Both the position numbers and the translations under genes were made by a program. Positions 37,699 through 52,000 of a stretch of 64,000 nt of DNA are shown piece by piece. The notes beneath the pieces are model-generated. The model worked only from the letters and a program-made list of their open reading frames with translations, was not told the origin of the DNA and made no database searches. This stretch comes from Eledone cirrhosa (Eukaryota), in the NCBI GenBank assembly GCA_964016885.1, contig OZ024744.1, forward strand, positions 119,660,001-119,724,000, given 5' to 3'. Each line of letters begins with the position of its first letter. The first letter of the stretch is position 1.

Positions 37699-39800
37699 AT
37701 ACTTTGGGAGGGTCATGTTGCCAATAAGAAACACACGCACCAGTTGCTTTCACTTCAATTTATTATATATTTATAAATTTATAAATTTACAAATCTACAA
37801 ACTTATAAATTTCTGGTTGGTTGGTTGGTTCCACAACCAGATAGTTGTTTATATATAGTCATAGTCCTTTCGTCACACACTCTGTGACCTCTTCAGTGAC
37901 TGGGGATTCCTTTCTTTGTTTCTGTGCCTTTCCTTTCTTCTGTCCTACGCCATTTTGTTTCTGTGTGTGTGTTGTGTGCTCAGTTTGCGCATGCGCCACA
38001 TCCGGGTGTCTGTGTGTGTTTGTGTTCATTTATCTATTTGTTTATTTATTTATTTATTTATTGTTGGTTGGTTGTTTGTTCTATGTGTGTGTGTGTTTTC
38101 ATTTTGTCCTTAATTGTAAGTTGTGATGTTGCTGTTCCACTCATATTTACTATTTAATTTTGGTTGTAATTCTTTTATGCTTACTGCCTCTGTAATTTGC
38201 CTAAACATTGCATCTTTTCTGTGTGTGGATTCTATTTTTATTTCTATGTTCTCTAATTTACCCCTGTGTTCTATCTTAGCATGTTGGTAGAGCACAGATG
38301 ATTCTTTATTATCTTGAAGGTCTCGCCAGTGTTCATTTATTCGTTCCCCTATACTACGAGCTGTCTCACCTATGTACACTATATTTTTGTTTCTACATTG
38401 TCCTTCAGTACATCTTATGCTATATACTACATTTCTAGTTTTACAGTTAATATGGTGGCTTATTTTACAGGTTATACATTTCTTATCTATACATGAGGGT
38501 CTTTGGAACGGGTATGTCTTGCTAATAAGTGTTTTTACGGAGGTACCTGGTCTTTCTACTATCTTAATATTGAGTTTATGTTTATTTAGGGCCCTTCTAA
38601 ATTTGTAGGCTAGTTCGCCTCTAGGGGTTGTATTGATGAACATTACACTCTGGTATTTATTGCTATCATACCATGAGTTTATTCTATTGGCCTTGTTCCT
38701 AGTTCTTTCTATTCTATTCCAAAATTTGCTCCTATACAAGGGGCAGGTCCCATTTATGTCATTATTTACCATTTTTTCCCATTTGGTTCTGGCTCCTTTA
38801 TACACTCTGATTCTATCTCTCTGATTGTAACCAGAGAACTGCATACGGTGGATGAAGTGTTATATGTGTCTCTCTAGTTCTTCGGGGTTGCACACGCGGG
38901 ACACATTTCTCATCACCCGTACCAAATCTGCAATCAGTATGTTGATTTTGGTATGGTCCGAAATGGCCGAGTTTCGGTGGATCAGATGTTTGGAAGTCAT
39001 GGGTTTGGCATAATGGGAATGGAGGATTTGTTTTTGGTTGTTAATGGTATCTAACCAGAGCTCTGTGTCTAGTACAGGTAATCAATGGTTGGGGTGTCTA
39101 CTTGGGTAGTCTATAGTAACTCTAATGCTCTGGTGGATGGAGTTTGCTATTTGCTGGATGCTTTCCCTTGTGTTTTTCTCTAGTTCCTGACTGTTCTTTA
39201 GTGGTGTCTTAACTACGATGTTTATATCATCTACGTAGCGGGAGTACATTATCAGGGTTAAGCTGTCTTCTAATTGTTCTTTAAGTTTTTGTTTAAGTCT
39301 ACTGTCCCACCATACCATGAATAAGTTAGCTATGTCGCCTGCAATGCTAACACCAATGGCTGCTCCTTCCTCTTGGGCATATGTTTTACCATTAAATTTG
39401 AACATATGTTCCTTAAGGGTTAATTTTATGCTGGCCCCTACCGCATGTGCAATCATTTTCTTCAGTTCATCGTGGTTTTCGGGTGTCCGTATGGCTCTGG
39501 TCCACCCGTTCCATCTATCTGTGTGGGTTTTCTTGGCCATTGAGGTAATGGTAGGTGGTCTGCCTCTTGCTGGTCTTGTAGGGCACAGGTTGCTAAGGTC
39601 ATAAGTGTCTAGGTAACTATTACTATGGGTAAGCTTAAGTAGAAGTCCCAGCTCACTGGTATCAATCCCACGGAACTCAACCTTGCTCTCGCTGATCATT
39701 TCTACGCATTTCTCCACAGCAAAATCCACGTCAATAGATGGATACAGGGACACAACATCCATACTGCCTATTATGCAGTTTGTTAGGTCCCCAGATCGGT
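37693..39800 (-). mobile_element. PLE family A, copy A8 (longest; RT to 3' end, runs into the gap); HHR at 37858-37900
   Basis: Colinear RT-thumb-GIY-YIG with two C>T nonsense changes (about 39082 and 38860); 3' end aacaata-(TA)n. Confidence 0.93.
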
Positions 39801-40000
39801 NNNNNNNNNNNNNNNNNNNNNNNNNNNNNNNNNNNNNNNNNNNNNNNNNNNNNNNNNNNNNNNNNNNNNNNNNNNNNNNNNNNNNNNNNNNNNNNNNNNN
39901 NNNNNNNNNNNNNNNNNNNNNNNNNNNNNNNNNNNNNNNNNNNNNNNNNNNNNNNNNNNNNNNNNNNNNNNNNNNNNNNNNNNNNNNNNNNNNNNNNNNN
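39801..40000. other. Assembly gap (200 N)
   Basis: N run; the round size suggests a scaffolding gap of unknown true length. Confidence 0.99.
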
Positions 40001-43000
40001 TCAGAGCTGTGATCTCTCAATTCAGAGATTCTTTCCTGAGACATTGTAACCACATGTATCAGAGATATTCTTAATAGTGATCTCTCAATTCAGAGATTCT
40101 TTCCTGAGATTTTCTAACCACATGTCATAGTATTAGAGATGTGATCTCTCAATTCAGAGATTCTTTCCTGAGACATTCTAACCACATGTCTGTAGTATCA
40201 GAGCTGTATGATCTCAATTCAGAGATTCTTTCCTGAGACATTCTAACCACATGTCCCAGTATCAGAGCTGTGATCTCTCAATTCAGAGATTCTTTCCTGG
40301 GATATTCTAACCACATGTCATAGTATCAGAGCTGTGATCTCTCAATTCAGAGATTATTTCCTGAGATATTGTAACCACATGTCATAGTATCAGAGCTGTG
40401 ATCTCTCAATTCAGAGATTCTTTCCTGGGATATTCGAACCACATGTCATAGTATCAGAGCTGTGATCTCTCAATTCAGATATTCTTTCCTGAGACATTCT
40501 AACCATATGTCATATGATCAGATTTGTGATCTCTCAATTCCGAGATTCTTTCCTGAGATATTCTAACCACATGTCATAGTATCAGAGCTGTGATCTCTCA
40601 ATTCAGAGATTCTTTCCTGAGATATTCTAACCACATGTCATAGTATCAGAGCTGTGATCTCTCAATTCATATATTCTTTCCTGAGACATTCTAACTCCAT
40701 GTCCACAGTATCAGAGCTGTGATCTCTCAATTCAGAGATTCTTTCCTGAGATATTCAAACCACATGTCATAGTATCAGAGCTGTGATCTCTCAATTCAGA
40801 GATTCTTTCCTGAGACATTCTAACCACATGTCATAGTATTAGAGCTGCGATCTCTCAATTCAGAGATTCTTTCCTGAGACATTCTTACCGCATGTCATAG
40901 TATCAGCGCTGTGATCTCTCAATTTAGAGATTCTTTCCTGAGACATTCTAACCACATGTCATAGTATCAGAGCTGTGATATCTCGATTCAGAGATTCTTT
41001 CCTGAGACATTCTAACCACATGTCATATTATTAGAGCTGTGATCTCTCAATTCAGAGATTCTTTCCTGAGACATTCTTACCACATGTCATAGTATCAGAG
41101 CTGTGATCACTCAATTTAGAGATTCTTTCCTGAGATATTCTAACCACATGTCATAGTATCAGAGCTGTGATCTCTCAATTCAGAGATTCTTTCCTGGGAT
41201 ATTCTTACCACATGTCATAATATTAGAGCTGTGATTTCTCAATTCAGATATTCTTTCCTGAGACATTCTAACCACATGTCAGAGGATCAGATTTGTGATC
41301 TCTCAATTCAGAGATTCTTTCCTGAGATATTCTAACCACATGTCATAGTATCAGAGCTGTGATCTCTCAATTTAGAGATTCTTTCCTGAGACATTTTAAC
41401 CACATGTCATACTATCAGAACTGTGATATCTCAATTCAGAGATTCTTTCCTGATATATTCTAACCACATGTCATAGTATCAGAGCTGTGATATCTCAATT
41501 CAGAGATTCTTTCCTGAGAACTTCTAACCACATGTCTGTAGTATCAGAGCTGTGATCTCTCAATTCAGAGATTTTTTCCTGAGATATTCTAACCACATGT
41601 CATATTATTAGAGCTGTGATATCTCAATTCAGAGATTCTTTCCTGAGACATTCTAACATCATGTCATAGTATCAGAGCTGTGATATCTCCATACAGAGAT
41701 TCTTTCCTGATATATTCTAACCACATGTCATAGTATCAGAGCTGTGATATCTCAATTCAGAGATTCTTTCCTGAGAACTTCTAACCACATGTCTGTAGTA
41801 TCAGAGCTGTGATCTCTCAATTCAGAGATTCTTTCCTGAGATATTCTAAACACATGTCATAGTATCAGAGCTGTGATCTCTCAATTCAGAGATTCTTTCC
41901 TGAGACATTCTAACCACATGTCATAGTATCAGAGCTGTGATCTCTCAATTCAGAGATTCTTTCCTGAGACATTCTAACCACATGTCATAGTATCAGAGCT
42001 GTGATCTCTCAATTCAGAGATTCTTTCCTGAGACATTCTAACCACATGTATCAGAGATATTCTTAATAGTGATCTCTCAATTCAGAGATTCTTTCCTGAG
42101 ACATGCTAACTCCGTGTCCCCAGTATCAGAGCTGTGATATCTCAATTTAGAGATTCTTTCCTGAGATATTCTAACCACATGTCATAGTATTAGAGATGTG
42201 ATCTCTCAATTCAGAGATTCTTTCCTGAGAAATTCTAACCTTATGTCTGTAGTATCAGAGCTGTGATCTCTCAATTCAGAGATTCTTTCCTGAGACATTC
42301 TAACTCCATGTCCACATTATCAGAGCTGTGATCTCTCAATTCAGAGATTCTTTCCTGAGATATTCAAACCACATGTCATAGTATCAGAGCTGTGATCTCT
42401 CAATTCAGAGATTCTTTCCTGAGACATTCTAACCACATGTCATAGTATTAGAGCTGCGATCTCTCAATTCAGAGATTCTTTCCTGAGACATTCTTACCGC
42501 ATGTCATATTATCAGCGCTGTGATCTCTCAATTTAGAGATTCTTTCCTGAGACATTCTAACCACATGTCATAGTATCAGAGCTGTGATATCTCAATTCAG
42601 AGATTCTTTCCTGAGACATTCTAACCACATGTCATATTATTAGAGCTGTGATCTCTCAATTCAGAGATTCTTTCCTGAGACATTCTTACCACATGTCATA
42701 GTATCAGAGCTGTGATCACTCAATTTAGAGATTCTTTTCTGAGATATTCTAACCACATGTCATAGTATCAGAGCTGTGATCTCTCAATTCAGAGATTCTT
42801 TCCTGGGATATTCTTACCACATGTCATAATATTAGAGCTGTGATTTCTCAATTCAGATATTCTTTCCTGAGACATTCTAACCACATGTCAGAGGATCAGA
42901 TTTGTGATCTCTCAATTCAGAGATTCTTTCCTGAGATATTCTAACCACATGTCATAGTATCAGAGCTGTGATCTCTCAATTTAGAGATTCTTTCCTGAGA

Positions 43001-46000
43001 CATTTTAACCACATGTCATACTATCAGAGCTGTGATATCTCCATACAGAGATTCTTTCCTGATATATTCTAACCACATGTCATAGTATCAGAGCTGTGAT
43101 ATCTCAATTCAGAGATTCTTTCCTGAGAACTTCTAACCACATGTCTGTAGTATCAGAGCTGTGATCTCTCAATTCAGAGATTCTTTCCTGAGATATTCTA
43201 AACACATGTCATAGTATCAGAGCTGTGATCTCTCAATTCAGAGATTCTTTCCTGAGACATTCTAACCACATGTCATACTATCAGAGCTGTGATCTCTCAA
43301 TTCAGAGATTCTTTCCTGAGACATTCTAACCACATGTCATAGTATCAGAGCTGTGATCTCTCAATTCAGAGATTCTTTCCTGAGACATTCTAACCACATG
43401 TATCAGAGATATTCTTAATAGTGATCTCTCAATTCCGAGATTCTTTCCTGAGACATGCTAACTCCGTGTCCACAGTATCAGAGCTGTGATCTCTCAATTT
43501 AGAGGTTCTTTCCTGAGATATTCTAACCACATGTCATAGTATTAGAGATGTGATCTCTCAATTCAGAGATTCTTTCCTGAGAAATTCTAACCGCATGTTT
43601 GTAGTATCAAAGCTGTATGCTCTCAATTCAGAGATTCTTTCCTGAGACATTCTAACCACATGTCATATTAGCGGAGCTGTGATATCTCAATTCAGAGATT
43701 CTTTCGTGAGATATTCTAACCACATGTCATAGTATCAGAGCTGTGATCTCTCAATTCAGATATTCTTTCCTGAGACATTCTAGCCACATGTCATAGGATC
43801 AGGGTTGTGATCTCTCAATTCAGAGATTCTTTCTTGAGATATTCTAACAACATGTCATAGTATCAGAGCTGTGATCTCTCAATTCAGAGATTCTTTCCTG
43901 AGATATTCTAACCACATGTCTGTAGTATCAGAGCTGTGATCTCTCAATTCAGAGATTCTTTCCTGAGACATTCTAACCACATGTCACAGTATCAGAGCTG
44001 TGATCTCTCAATTCAGAGATTCTTTCCTGGGATATTCTAACCACATGTCATAGTATCAGAGCTGTGATCTCTCAATTCAGAGATTCTTTACTGAGATATT
44101 GTAACCACATGTCATAGTATCAGGGCTGTGATCTCTCAATTCAGAGATTCTTTCCTGGGATATTCGAACCACATGTCATAGTATCAGAGCTGTGATCTCT
44201 CAATTCAGAGATTCTATCCTGAGACATTCTAACCACATGTCATAGTATCAGAGCTGTGATCTCTCAATTCAGATATTCTTTCCTGAGACATTCTAACCAC
44301 ATGTCATAGTATTAGAGCTGTGATCTCTCAATTCAGAGATTCTTTCCTGAGAAATTCTAACCTTATGTCTGTAGTATCAGAGCTGTGATCTCTCAATTCA
44401 GATATTCTTTCCTGAGACATTCTAACCACATGTCATATGATCAGATTTGTGATCTCTCAATTCCGAGATTCTTTCCTGAGATATTCTAACCACATGTCAT
44501 ATTATCAGAGCTGTGATCTCTCAATTCAGAGATTCTTTCCTGAGATATTCTAACCACATGTCATAGTATCAGAGCTGTGATCTCTCAATTCAGATATTCT
44601 TTCCTGAGACATTCTAACCACATGTTATATTATCAGAGTTGTGATCTCTCAATTCAGAGATTCTTTCCTGAGACATTCTTACCACATGTCATAGTATCAG
44701 AGCTGTGATCTCTCAATTTAGAGACTCTTTCCTGAGACATTCTAACCTCATGTCATAATATCAGAGCTGTGACTTCTCAATTCAGAGATTCTTTCCTGAG
44801 ACATTCTAACCAGATGTCATAGTATCAGAGCTGTCATCTCTCAATTCAGAGATTCTTTCCTGAGACATTCTAACCACATGTCATAGTATCAAAGCTGTGA
44901 TCTCTTAATTTAGAGATACTTTCCTGAGATATTCTAACCACATGTCATAGTATCAGATCTGTGATCTCTCAATTCAGATATTCTTTCCTGAGACATTCTA
45001 ACCACATGTCATAGTATTAGAGCTGTGATCTCTCAATTCAGAGATTCTTTCCTGAGAAATTCTAACCTTATGTCTGTAGTATCAGAGCTGTGATCTCTCA
45101 ATTCAGAGATTCTTTCCTGAGACATTCTAACTCCATGTCCACAGTATCAGAGCTGTGATCTCTCAATTCAGAGATTCTTTCCTGAGATATTCAAACCACA
45201 TGTCATAGTATCAGAGCTGTGATCTCTCAATTCAGAGATTCTTTCCTGAGACACTCTAACCACATGTCATAGTATTAGAGCTGCGATCTCTCAATTCAGA
45301 GATTCTTTCCTGAGACATTCTTACCGCATGTCATAGTATCAGCGCTGTGATCTCTCAATTTAGAGATTCTTTCCTGAGACATTCTAACCACATGTCATAG
45401 TATCAGAGCTGTGATATCTCAATTCAGAGATTCTTTCCTGAGACATTCTAACCACATGTCATATTATTAGAGCTGTGATCTCTCAATTCAGAGATTCTTT
45501 CCTGAGACATTCTTACCACATGTCATAGTATCAGAGCTGTGATCTCTAAATTCAGAGATTCTTTCCTGAGACATTCTAACCACATGTATCAGAGATATTC
45601 TTAATAGTGATCTCTCAATTCAGAGATTCTTTCCTGAGACATTCTAACTCCGTGTCCACAGTATCAGAGCTGTGATCTCTCAATTTAGAGATTCTTTCCT
45701 GAGATATTCTAACCACATGTCATAGTATTAGAGATGTGATCTCTCAATTCAGAGATTCTTTCCTGAGACATTCTAACCGCATGTCTGTAGTATCAAAGCT
45801 GTATGCTCTCAATTCAGAGATTCTTTCCTGAGACATTCTAACCACATGTCATAGTAGCGGAGCTGTGATATCTCAATTCAGAGATTCTTTCCTGAGATAT
45901 TCTAACCACATGTCATAGTATCAGAGCTGTGATCTCTCAATTCAGATATTCTTTCCTGAGACATTCTAACCACATGTCATAGTATTAGAGCTGTGATCTC

Positions 46001-49000
46001 TCATTTCAGAGATTCTTTCCTGAGAACTTCTAACCACATGTCTGTAGTATCAGAGCTGTGATCTCTCAATTCAGAGATTCTTTCCTGAGATATTCTAAAC
46101 ACATGTCATAGTATCAGAGCTGTGATCTCTCAATTCAGAGATTCTTTCCTGAGACATTCTAACCACATGTCATAGTATCAGAGCTGTGATCTCTCAATTC
46201 AGAGATTCTTTCCTGAGACATTCTAACCACATGTCATAGTATCAGAGCTGTGATCTCTCAATTCAGAGATTCTTTCCTGAGACATTCTAACCACATGTCA
46301 TAGTATCAGAACTGTGATCTCTCAATTCAGAGATTCTTTCCTGAGACATTCTAACCACATGTATCAGAGATATTCTTAATAGTGATCTCTCAATTCAGAG
46401 ATTCTTTCCTGAGACATTCTAACTCCGTGTCCACAGTATCAGAGCTGTGATCTCTCAATTTAGAGATTCTTTCCTGAGATATTCTAACCACATGTCATAG
46501 TATTAGAGTTGTGATCTCTCAATTCAGAGATTCTTTCCTGAGACATTCTAACCGCATGTCTGTAGTATCAAAGCTGTATGCTCTCAATTCAGAGATTCTT
46601 TCCTGAGACATTCTAACCACATGTCATAGTAGCGGAGCTGTGATATCTCAATTCAGATATTCTTTCCTGAGATATTCTAACCACATGTCATAGTATTAGA
46701 GCTGTGATCTCTCAATTCAGATATTCTTTCCTGAGACATTCTAACCACATGTCATAGTATTAGAGCTGTGATCTCTCAATTCAGAGATTCTTTCCTGAGA
46801 AATTCTAACCTTATGTCTGTAGTATCAGAGCTGTGATCTCTCAATTCAGAGATTCTTTCCTGAGACATTCTAACTCCATGTCCACAGTATCAGAGCTGTG
46901 ATCTCTCAATTCAGAGATTCTTTCCTGAGATATTCAAACCACATGTCATAGTATCAGAGCTGTGATCTCTCAATTCAGAGATTCTTTCCTGAGACATTCT
47001 AACCACATGTCATAGTATTAGAGCTGCGATCTCTCAATTCAGAGATTCTTTCCTGAGACATTCTTACCGCATGTCATAGTATCAGCGCTGTGATCTCTCA
47101 ATTTAGAGATTCTTTCCTGAGACATTCTAACCACATGTCATAGTATCAGAGCTGTGATATCTCAATTCAGAGATTCTTTCCTGAGACATTCTAACCACAT
47201 GTCATATTATTACAGCTGTGATCTCTCAATTCAGAGATTCTTTCCTGAGACATTCTTACCACATGTCATATTATCAGAGCTGTGATCTCTCAATTTAGAG
47301 ATTCTTTCCTGAGATATTCTAACCACATGTCATAGTATCAGAGCTGTGATCTCTCAATTCAGAGATTCTTTCCTGGGATATTCTTACCACATGTCATAAT
47401 ATTAGAGCTGTGATCTCTCAATTCAGATATTCTTTCCTGAGACATTCTAACCACATGTCAGAGGATCAGATTTGTGATCTCTCAATTCAGAGATTCTTTC
47501 CTGAGATATTCTAACCACATGTCATAGTATCAGAGCTGTGATCTCTCAATTCAAAGATTCTTTCCTGAGACATTTTAACCACATGTCATACTATCAGAGC
47601 TGTGATATCTCAATTCAGAGATTCTTTCCTGATATATTCTAACCACATGTCATAGTATCAGAGCTGTGATATCTCAATTCAGAGATTCTTTCCTAAGAAC
47701 TTCTAACCACATGTCTGTAGTATCAGAGCTGTGATCTCTCAATTCAGAGATTTTTTCCTGAGATATTCTAACCACATGTCATATTATTAGAGCTGTGATA
47801 TCTCAATTCAGAGATTCTTTCCTGCGACATTCTAACCACATGTCATAGTATCAGAGCTGTGATATCTCCATACAGAGATTCTTTCCTGATATATTCTAAC
47901 CACATGTCATAGTATCAGAGCTGTGATATCTCAATTCAGAGATTCTTTCCTGAGAACTTCTAACCACATGTCTGTAGTATCAGAGCTGTGATCTCTCAAT
48001 TCAGAAATTCTTTCCTGAGATATCCTAAACACATGTCATAGTATCAGAGCTGTGATCTCTCAATTCAGAGATTCTTTCCTGAGACATTCTAACCACATGT
48101 CATAGTATCAGAGCTGTGATCTCTCGATTCAGAGATTCTTTCCTGAGACATTCTAACCACATGTCATAGTATCAGAGCTGTGATCTCTCAATTCAGATAT
48201 TCTTTCCTGAGACATTCTAACCACATGTATCAGAGATATTCTTAATAGTGATCTCTCAATTCAGAGATTCTTTCCTGAGACATTCTAACTCCGTGTCCAC
48301 AGTATCAGAGCTGTGATCTCTCAATTTAGAGATTCTTTCCTGAGATATTCTAACCACATGTCATAGTATTAGAGATGTGATCTCTCAATTCAGAGATTCT
48401 TTCCTGAGACATTCTAACCGCATGTCTGTAGTATCAAAGCTGTATGCTCTCAATTCAGAGATTCTTTCCTGAGACATTCTAACCACATGTCATAGTAGCG
48501 GAGCTGTGATATCTCAATTCAGAGATTCTTTCCTGAGATATTCTAACCACATGTCATAGTATCAGAGCTGTGATCTCTCAATTCAGATATTCTTTCCTGA
48601 GACATTCTAGCCACATGTCATATGATCAGATTTGTGATCTCTCAATTCCGAGATTCTTTCCTGAGATATTCTAACCACATGTCATATTATCAGAGCTGTG
48701 ATCTCTCAATTCAGAGATTCTTTCCTGAGATATTCTAACCACATGTCATAGTATCAGAGCTGTGATCTCTCAATTCAGATATTCTTTCCTGAGACATTCT
48801 AACCACATGTTATATTATCAGAGTTGTGATCTCTCAATTCAGAGATTCTTTCCTGAGATATTCTAACCACATGTCATAGTATCAGAGCTGTGATCTCTCA
48901 ATTCAGAGATTCTTTCCTGAGACATTCTTACCACATGTCATAGTATCAGAGCTGTGATCTCTCAATTTAGAGACTCTTTCCTGAGACATTCTAACCTCAT

Positions 49001-52000
49001 GTCATAATATCAGAGCTGTGACTTCTCAATTCAGAGATTCTTTCCTGAGACATTCTAACCAGATGTCATAGTATCAGAGCTGTCATCTCTCAATTCAGAG
49101 ATTCTTTCCTGAGACATTCTAACCACATGTCATAGTATCAAAGCTGTGATCTCTTAATTTAGAGATACTTTCCTGAGATATTCTAACCACATGTCATAGT
49201 ATCAGAGCTGTGATATCTCAATTCAGAGATTCTTTCCTAAGAACTTCTAACCACATGTCTGTAGTATCAGAGCTGTGATCTCTCAATTCAGAGATTTTTT
49301 CCTGAGATATTCTAACCACATGTCATATTATTAGAGCTGTGATATCTCAATTCAGAGATTCTTTCCTGAGACATTCTAACCACATGTCATAGTATCAGAG
49401 CTGTGATATCTCCATACAGAGATTCTTTCCTGATATATTCTAACCACATGTCATAGTATCAGAGCTGTGATATCTCAATTCAGAGATTCTTTCCTGAGAA
49501 CTTCTAACCACATGTCTGTAGTATCAGAGCTGTTATCTCTCAATTCAGAAATTCTTTCCTGAGATATCCTAAACACATGTCATAGTATCAGAGCTGTGAT
49601 CTCTCGATTCAGAGATTCTTTCCTGAGACATTCTAACCACATGTCATAGTATCAGAGCTGTGATCTCTCAATTCAGATATTCTTTCCTGAGACATTCTAA
49701 CCACATGTATCAGAGATATTCTTAATAGTGATCTCCCAATTCAGAGATTCTTTCCTGAGACATTCTAACTCCGTGTCCACAGTATCAGAGCTGTGATCTC
49801 TCAATTTAGAGATTCTTTCCTGAGATATTCTAACCACATGTCATAGTATTAGAGATGTGATCTCTCAATTCAGAGATTCTTTCCTGAGACATTCTAACCG
49901 CATGTCTGTAGTATCAAAGCTGTATGCTCTCAATTCAGAGATTCTTTCCTGAGACATCCTAACCACATGTCATAGTAGCGGAGCTGTGTTATCTCAATTC
50001 AGAGATTCTTTCCTGAGATATTCTAACCACATGTCATAGTATCAGAGCTGTGATCTCTCAATTCAGATATTCTTTCCTGAGACATTCTAGCCACATGTCA
50101 TATGATCAGATTTGTGATCTCTCAATTCCGAGATTCTTTCCTGAGATATTCTAACCACATGTCATATTATCAGAGCTGTGATCTCTCAATTCAGAGATTC
50201 TTTCCTGAGATATTCTAACCACATGTCATAGTATCAGAGCTGTGATCTCTCAATTCAGTTATTCTTTCCTGAGACATTCTAACCACATGTTATATTATCA
50301 GAGTTGTGATCTCTCAATTCAGAGATTCTTTCCTGAGATATTCTAACCACATGTCATAGTATCAGAGCTGTGATCTCTCAATTCAGAGATTCTTTCCTGA
50401 GACATTCTTACCACATGTCATAGTATCAGAGCTGTGATCTCTCAATTTAGAGACTCTTTCCTGAGACATTCTAACCTCATGTCATAATATCAGAGCTGTG
50501 ACTTCTCAATTCAGAGATTCTTTCCTGAGACATTCTAACCAGATGTCATAGTATCAGAGCTGTCATCTCTCAATTCAGAGATTCTTTCCTGAGACATTCT
50601 AACCACATGTCATAGTATCAAAGCTGTGATCTCTTAATTTAGAGATACTTTCCTGAGATATTCTAACCACATGTCATAGTATCAGATCTGTGATCTCTCA
50701 ATTCAGATATTCTTTCCTGAGACATTCTAACCACATGTCATAGTATTAGAGCTGTGATCTCTCAATTCAGAGATTCTTTCCTGAGAAATTCTAACCTTAT
50801 GTCTGTAGTTTCAGAGCTGTGATCTCTCAATTCAGAGATTCTTTCCTGAGACATTCTAACTCCATGTCCACAGTATCAGAGCTGTGATCTCTCAATTCAG
50901 AGATTCTTTCCTGAGATATTCAAACCACATGTCATAGTATCAGAGCTGTGATCTCTCAATTCAGAGATTCTTTCCTGAGACATTCTAACCACATGTCATA
51001 GTATTAGAGCTGCGATCTCTCAATTCAGAGATTCTTTCCTGAGACATTCTTACCGCATGTCATAGTATCAGCGCTGTGATCTCTCAATTTAGAGATTCTT
51101 TCCTGAGACATTCTAACCACATGTCATAGTATCAGAGCTGTGATATCTCAATTCAGAGATTCTTTCCTGAGACATTCTAACCACATGTCATATTATTAGA
51201 GCTGTGATCTCTCAATTCAGAGATTCTTTCCTGAGACATTCTTACCACATGTCATAGTATCAGAGCTGTGATCTCTCAATTCAGAGATTCTTTCCTGAGA
51301 CATTCTAACCACATGTATCAGAGATATTCTTAATAGTGATCTCTCAATTCAGAGATTCTTTCCTGAGACATTCTAACTCCGTGTCCACAGTATCAGAGCT
51401 GTGATCTCTCAATTTAGAGATTCTTTCCTGAGATATTCTAACCACATGTCATAGTATTAGAGATGTGATCTCTCAATTCAGAGATTCTTTCCTGAGACAT
51501 TCTAACCGCATGTCTGTAGTATCAAAGCTGTATGCTCTCAATTCAGAGATTCTTTCCTGAGACATTCTAACCACATGTCATAGTAGCGGAGCTGTGATAT
51601 CTCAATTCAGAGATTCTTTCCTGAGATATTCTAACCACATGTCATAGTATCAGAGCTGTGATCTCTCAATTCAGATATTCTTTCCTGAGACATTCTAACC
51701 ACATGTCATAGTATTAGAGCTGTGATCTCTCAATTCAGAGATTCTTTCCTGAGAACTTCTAACCACATGTCTGTAGTATCAGAGCTGTGATCTCTCAATT
51801 CAGAGATTCTTTCCTGAGATATTCTAAACACATGTCATAGTATCAGAACTGTGATCTCTCAATTCAGAGATTCTTTCCTGAGACATTCTAACCACATGTC
51901 ATAGTATCAGAGCTGTGATCTCTCAATTCAGAGATTCTTTCCTGAGACATTCTAACCACATGTCATAGTATCAGAGCTGTGATCTCTCAATTCAGAGATT

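Noticed and set aside
39082-40053. 323-aa ORF spanning the N gap
   Set aside because: Artefact joining satellite sequence to the family A RT through Ns
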